From IMG/VR virus record IMGVR_UViG_3300046724_000355, positions 1-61,057 of that record: DNA of 61,057 bases; one strand, 5' to 3'. This document shows positions 58,081 to 61,057 of the stretch, one piece after another. The DNA comes from a virus (taxonomy: Duplodnaviria; Caudoviricetes). Both the position numbers and the translations under genes were made by a program. The first letter of the stretch is position 1; the number at the start of each line of letters is the position of its first letter. The notes under the pieces are model-generated. The model saw nothing but the letters and a program-made list of their open reading frames with translations. It was not told where the DNA came from and did not search any database.

Positions 58081-58319
58081 GCGATGCGCGGGAACAGCTC
58101 GCGAATGCTGGTCTGCCGCGCATCATGCGAGTTCGCATGAATAGTTCGCATGTCCGGGAGCTGCTGGCTGGCGCACTGATCAAGCTGGCGCACCGGATCA
58201 ACCCGCCCACAGTGACCGAAGTCCACGTCAACGTCCACGATTTCGCCGCGGCGCGCGCCGGCCTCACCAACTGGGAAGCGCAACAGCGCGCCATGCACCA
58301 AGCCACCAGGTGGAACTGA
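58077..58319 (+). CDS. Hypothetical protein
   Basis: RELLAGALIKLAHRINPP.VT motif. Confidence 0.6.
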   Translation: MSDAREQLANAGLPRIMRVRMNSSHVRELLAGALIKLAHRINPPTVTEVHVNVHDFAAARAGLTNWEAQQRAMHQATRWN

Positions 58320-58564
58320 TGGACGGCTGGGACCAGTGCGAGTGCTTCCATGAGCGTGCCGACCACGGCCGCAGGCGCTGCATGGCTGCCGATTCGTACG
58401 GGATCCGCTGCGAATGCGACGGATTCATCTTGGACCGGTCATGCGATGACGACGAGCCCGAAGACCCAAACGACTTCATGCAGCGGCGCAAGGTCGCCCG
58501 CCAGGAGGAAATCCTGCACGCGAGCGACTGCACCGACTTCTACGCCGAGGCAACCAGTGATTAA
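58319..58564 (+). CDS. Small Cys/His protein
   Basis: CEC.H..H..C..CECDGF. Confidence 0.6.
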   Translation: MDGWDQCECFHERADHGRRRCMAADSYGIRCECDGFILDRSCDDDEPEDPNDFMQRRKVARQEEILHASDCTDFYAEATSD

Positions 58565-58683
58565 ACGCCTGGACGCGTTGATCGTCCGTTTTACCCAGTT
58601 TCTGGTTGCACACTCCAAGATCGGCCCAGACTTCGCGAGCTGGGAGCCCTACCCGGCGGGGCTGCAAAACAAGGCCGGGATCA

Positions 58684-58770
58684 GGAGATGTCGCACAGTT
58701 CGGCCTAGTGCGCTGCCCTGCTAAGGCGGTAGGCGGTCACGTCTCGCGGGTTCGAATCCCGCCATCTCCG
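58684..58770 (+). tRNA. tRNA-Ser (GCT)
   Basis: Acceptor GGAGATG/CATCTCC, anticodon loop CT-GCT-AA, long variable arm, GCGGG-TTCGAAT-CCCGC T arm, G discriminator, no encoded CCA. Confidence 0.93.
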
Positions 58771-58805
58771 CGTTCAACCCGTTTCACCCAGCCGAGGAGT
58801 AACCC

Positions 58806-58922
58806 ATGCTTGGAACCGTCGTATCCGCTTTGTGGACCATCTTGTCGGCCGACAACTTCGCCGTCCCGCTCTGGATCTTCCACGAGATCACCAGCGTGCT
58901 CGGCTCTATCGGCTCCGCGTAG
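58806..58922 (+). CDS. 38-aa hydrophobic peptide
   Basis: GAGGAG RBS; MLGTVVSALWTILSADNFAVPLWIFHEITSVLGSIGSA. Confidence 0.65.
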   Translation: MLGTVVSALWTILSADNFAVPLWIFHEITSVLGSIGSA

Positions 58923-58929
58923 GTCCACC

Positions 58930-59253
58930 ATGTCCAGCCGAAACCCTGAACCCGTCGCCGCCGAGCTCGCCGATCAAATCCCGCTCCTGAAACAGCGTGA
59001 CGGAACGGTCATGTGGCTCGCCGGCCTCAGTTCGGAAGCCATGCGCCCCCACCGCATCGGACTCGCCGAGGCCATCATCGAATGGCTCCGCGACAACGGG
59101 CACATGCCGAAACCCAAATCGGCCAAGTCGAAACGCCGCCCAAGTCCGGACGGGAGGGGCGCGCGCCCTACGGCGGAAGATGTTCCCGCTATGGCACCGC
59201 CAATGCGCAACCGGCCCGGCGGTGGCGCTGGTGAAGGCAGGGCGCGCTCATGA
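58930..59253 (+). CDS. Hypothetical protein
   Basis: In operon; AEAIIEWL..G motif. Confidence 0.65.
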   Translation: MSSRNPEPVAAELADQIPLLKQRDGTVMWLAGLSSEAMRPHRIGLAEAIIEWLRDNGHMPKPKSAKSKRRPSPDGRGARPTAEDVPAMAPPMRNRPGGGAGEGRARS

Positions 59254-59414
59254 GCAAGGAAACGGTGCTCACGGAGCATCTCCTCGAGCACACCGAGCGT
59301 GATACCCGCGCCGAGGCCATCGTCCGCATGGTGCAGCGCATGGGTATCGGCGCGAAGGTGAAGACCAACAAGGCAGGCGACACCGTCATCACCATCCCGA
59401 AAGTGGGGAAGTGA
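59250..59414 (+). CDS. Hypothetical protein, 54 aa
   Basis: Coupled on both sides. Confidence 0.55.
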   Translation: MSKETVLTEHLLEHTERDTRAEAIVRMVQRMGIGAKVKTNKAGDTVITIPKVGK

Positions 59415-59602
59415 TGAACGCCAACCCCGCCGTGGAGTACGCCGTCTATGACCCGGCGAGCGACGAATACGTCACCGACAGCGGCGGGTCTGTCGCGATA
59501 TGGTCGACAAAGCGCATGGCTGCCGAAGTCGCCACGAGGTTTCCTGGCAGCGAGGTCCATTCGCGCCTGAACTATGCGATCACGCCATGGGTGAAGCCAT
59601 GA
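59414..59602 (+). CDS. Hypothetical protein
   Basis: Coupled on both sides. Confidence 0.6.
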   Translation: MNANPAVEYAVYDPASDEYVTDSGGSVAIWSTKRMAAEVATRFPGSEVHSRLNYAITPWVKP

Positions 59603-59889
59603 TCCTCGGAACCTCCTACACACCGGAATGCCTCGAATGGTTCCGCAAGCGTCACGAAGCCCGCGCAGCCGCCGAAACCACCGAGGAACTCGGCAAAGTC
59701 GGCACTCCGACGATGGTCACGGACGAAGTGCTCGCCCAGGAGAACGCTGCACACGACGCATGGATGCAGCTCGCGAAGCAAGGCGCCCAAGACGTGCATG
59801 ACTGGATCGGCCGCGAACGCGCAAAGCTCGCCAGCGACAACCCCGAAACCCCACCAGGAGAGGAACTCTCGTGCCCTACACGAACGTAA
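59599..59889 (+). CDS. Hypothetical protein
   Basis: ATGA coupling. Confidence 0.6.
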   Translation: MILGTSYTPECLEWFRKRHEARAAAETTEELGKVGTPTMVTDEVLAQENAAHDAWMQLAKQGAQDVHDWIGRERAKLASDNPETPPGEELSCPTRT

Positions 59890-60197
59890 TCGCGACCGCT
59901 GCCGCAGCGACTGCGGTCACTGTCTCCCTGCCCGCCGCACCCGGCGCTCAACGCGTCATTCAGGCGGTCATCGTGTCCTGCTCGGGTGCCGCATCCGGCC
60001 CGATCACTCTCACCGTCAACGACGCCTCCACGCCCGTCCTGGTCACCGACTTGTCCTTGACGATCGGTGTCCCATACGTGCTGAACCTCCCCGCCGGCGG
60101 TCTGGCGATCGGCACCGGCGACGCGTCCACCATCGTCGCGTCGGCCGGTGCTGCCTCGTCGATCCTGAAGGTCGACGTCGGCTACATCGACAACTAA
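59871..60197 (+). CDS. Beta-rich protein, possible virion decoration
   Basis: GAGG RBS; Ala/Val/Thr-rich alternating beta strands. Confidence 0.65.
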   Translation: MPYTNVIATAAAATAVTVSLPAAPGAQRVIQAVIVSCSGAASGPITLTVNDASTPVLVTDLSLTIGVPYVLNLPAGGLAIGTGDASTIVASAGAASSILKVDVGYIDN

Positions 60198-60238
60198 GCC
60201 CGAACCCCGCTGTAACCCAACCGATTTAGGAGAACGTC

Positions 60239-60325
60239 ATGTCTGTTGCTCTGCTCGCTTCCGGTCTCGCCGCTGTTCCCGCCCTGCTCGCATCGCTGGC
60301 TGCGGCGATCATCGGGTTCCTCTGA
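60239..60325 (+). CDS. 28-aa hydrophobic peptide
   Basis: AGGAG RBS; MSVALLASGLAAVPALLASLAAAIIGFL. Confidence 0.65.
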   Translation: MSVALLASGLAAVPALLASLAAAIIGFL

Positions 60326-60353
60326 CCTCACCGAACACTCCTCCAGCCGAGAT

Positions 60354-60632
60354 ATGTTCGACATGAATTCAGACCCGCCAGCGAAGAAGATGAGCTTCGC
60401 CGAGATGGTCGACCTGGCCCGACGGCACGAAGATCAGATTCATTGCAGCAACTGCATCCGCGACCTCTCGAGACGCGGGTACGCAGACTGGCGCATCTGC
60501 CTTCAGGCGCAAGAAGTCCTGCAGCTCTACCCATCTCAAGATCCCGATCCGAATCCGCTGATCAACGGCCCGTACTATTTCTGCGATAGCGGCTGCCTAC
60601 GCAACTGGGTCGAGAACGAAGGGCCGTGGTGA
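60354..60632 (+). CDS. Small zinc-binding protein
   Basis: CSNC..FCDSGCL. Confidence 0.6.
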   Translation: MFDMNSDPPAKKMSFAEMVDLARRHEDQIHCSNCIRDLSRRGYADWRICLQAQEVLQLYPSQDPDPNPLINGPYYFCDSGCLRNWVENEGPW

Positions 60633-60690
60633 TGTGGCTCCTGAACTTGATCCTCACGTTCGTCGCCCTGTACGAACGCAGCATGGGCCG

Positions 60691-60945
60691 ATGGTGAGCG
60701 ACAACCAGCAGGCTCCGACTGTCGAGTGGATAGGTAGCGCCGACGGTTGGAGCCGATGCCGGATAGACGATGATCAGCTCATCGCCGAGACCTGGGCATA
60801 CGGCGACAGCATGACCGGGTCGCACTCCGTGAACTTCGACCTCACTCCGGCGTTCGTGGCAGCGCTTCGCTCTCAGCTCGACATGTGGGAGCAACAGCAC
60901 TCGATCAAGCCAACAGATGCCTCAGCGCCCACCACGCCCCTGTAG
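60691..60945 (+). CDS. Hypothetical protein
   Basis: ORF between zinc-binding gene and HNH; start uncertain. Confidence 0.5.
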   Translation: MVSDNQQAPTVEWIGSADGWSRCRIDDDQLIAETWAYGDSMTGSHSVNFDLTPAFVAALRSQLDMWEQQHSIKPTDASAPTTPL

Positions 60946-61057
60946 TAGATGCGGTGCACCGGCCACACACAACGGCATGTGCGCTACCCACAGGGCACAG
61001 CAGCGCACACGCAGCGACAACAAGCGCGGCACAGCACACCAACGCGGCTACGGCGTA
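60917..61057 (+). CDS. HNH endonuclease, N-terminal part (continues at window start)
   Basis: MPQRPPRPCSRCGAP..MC.TH..RGTAHQRGY, typical N-terminus of terminase-associated HNH. Confidence 0.85.
   Translation, partial: MPQRPPRPCSRCGAPATHNGMCATHRAQQRTRSDNKRGTAHQRGYGV

Larger units (their letters stand above)
1..61057. mobile_element. Temperate actinobacteriophage (siphovirus) genome, near complete, circularly permuted, attP apparently intact
   Basis: Full head, tail, lysis, immunity, replication and integration modules; no host housekeeping genes; an HNH gene is split across the two ends. Confidence 0.95.

Overview
This window is an essentially complete, circularly permuted genome of a high-GC temperate siphovirus with an HK97-type head. 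The host is probably a mycolic-acid actinobacterium such as Nocardia; this is inferred from the WhiB, the cutinase-like esterase, the DUF1906 lysin and the glycine-zipper and small-peptide genes. The two window ends fall inside one HNH packaging-nuclease gene (N-terminus at 60917-61057, C-terminus at 3-179). Gene order is: cos region and terS; an inserted membrane protein plus papain-like peptidase cassette; terL, portal, protease and capsid; tail genes with a -1 frameshifted chaperone and a multi-enzyme tape measure; lysis genes; a second 7-gene fibre cluster; a leftward cassette of exported and small His/Cys proteins divergent from a large XRE regulator; a structured intergenic region; a cI/cro switch; a long early operon (WhiB, RecE-like nuclease, annealing protein, cutinase-like hydrolase, HNHs, Rep, NrdH); xis, int and attP; a small HTH gene flanked by twin outward promoters; a hairpin-rich region ahead of a NUMOD4-HNH gene; and a right arm with tRNA-Ser(GCT) and several tiny hydrophobic peptides. 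The best novelty candidates are three putative structured RNAs (37150-37383, 55963-56204, 57776-57866), the XRE plus His/Cys mini-protein module, and the promoter-flanked HTH switch. All product calls come from reading motifs and gene order; no database searches were run.
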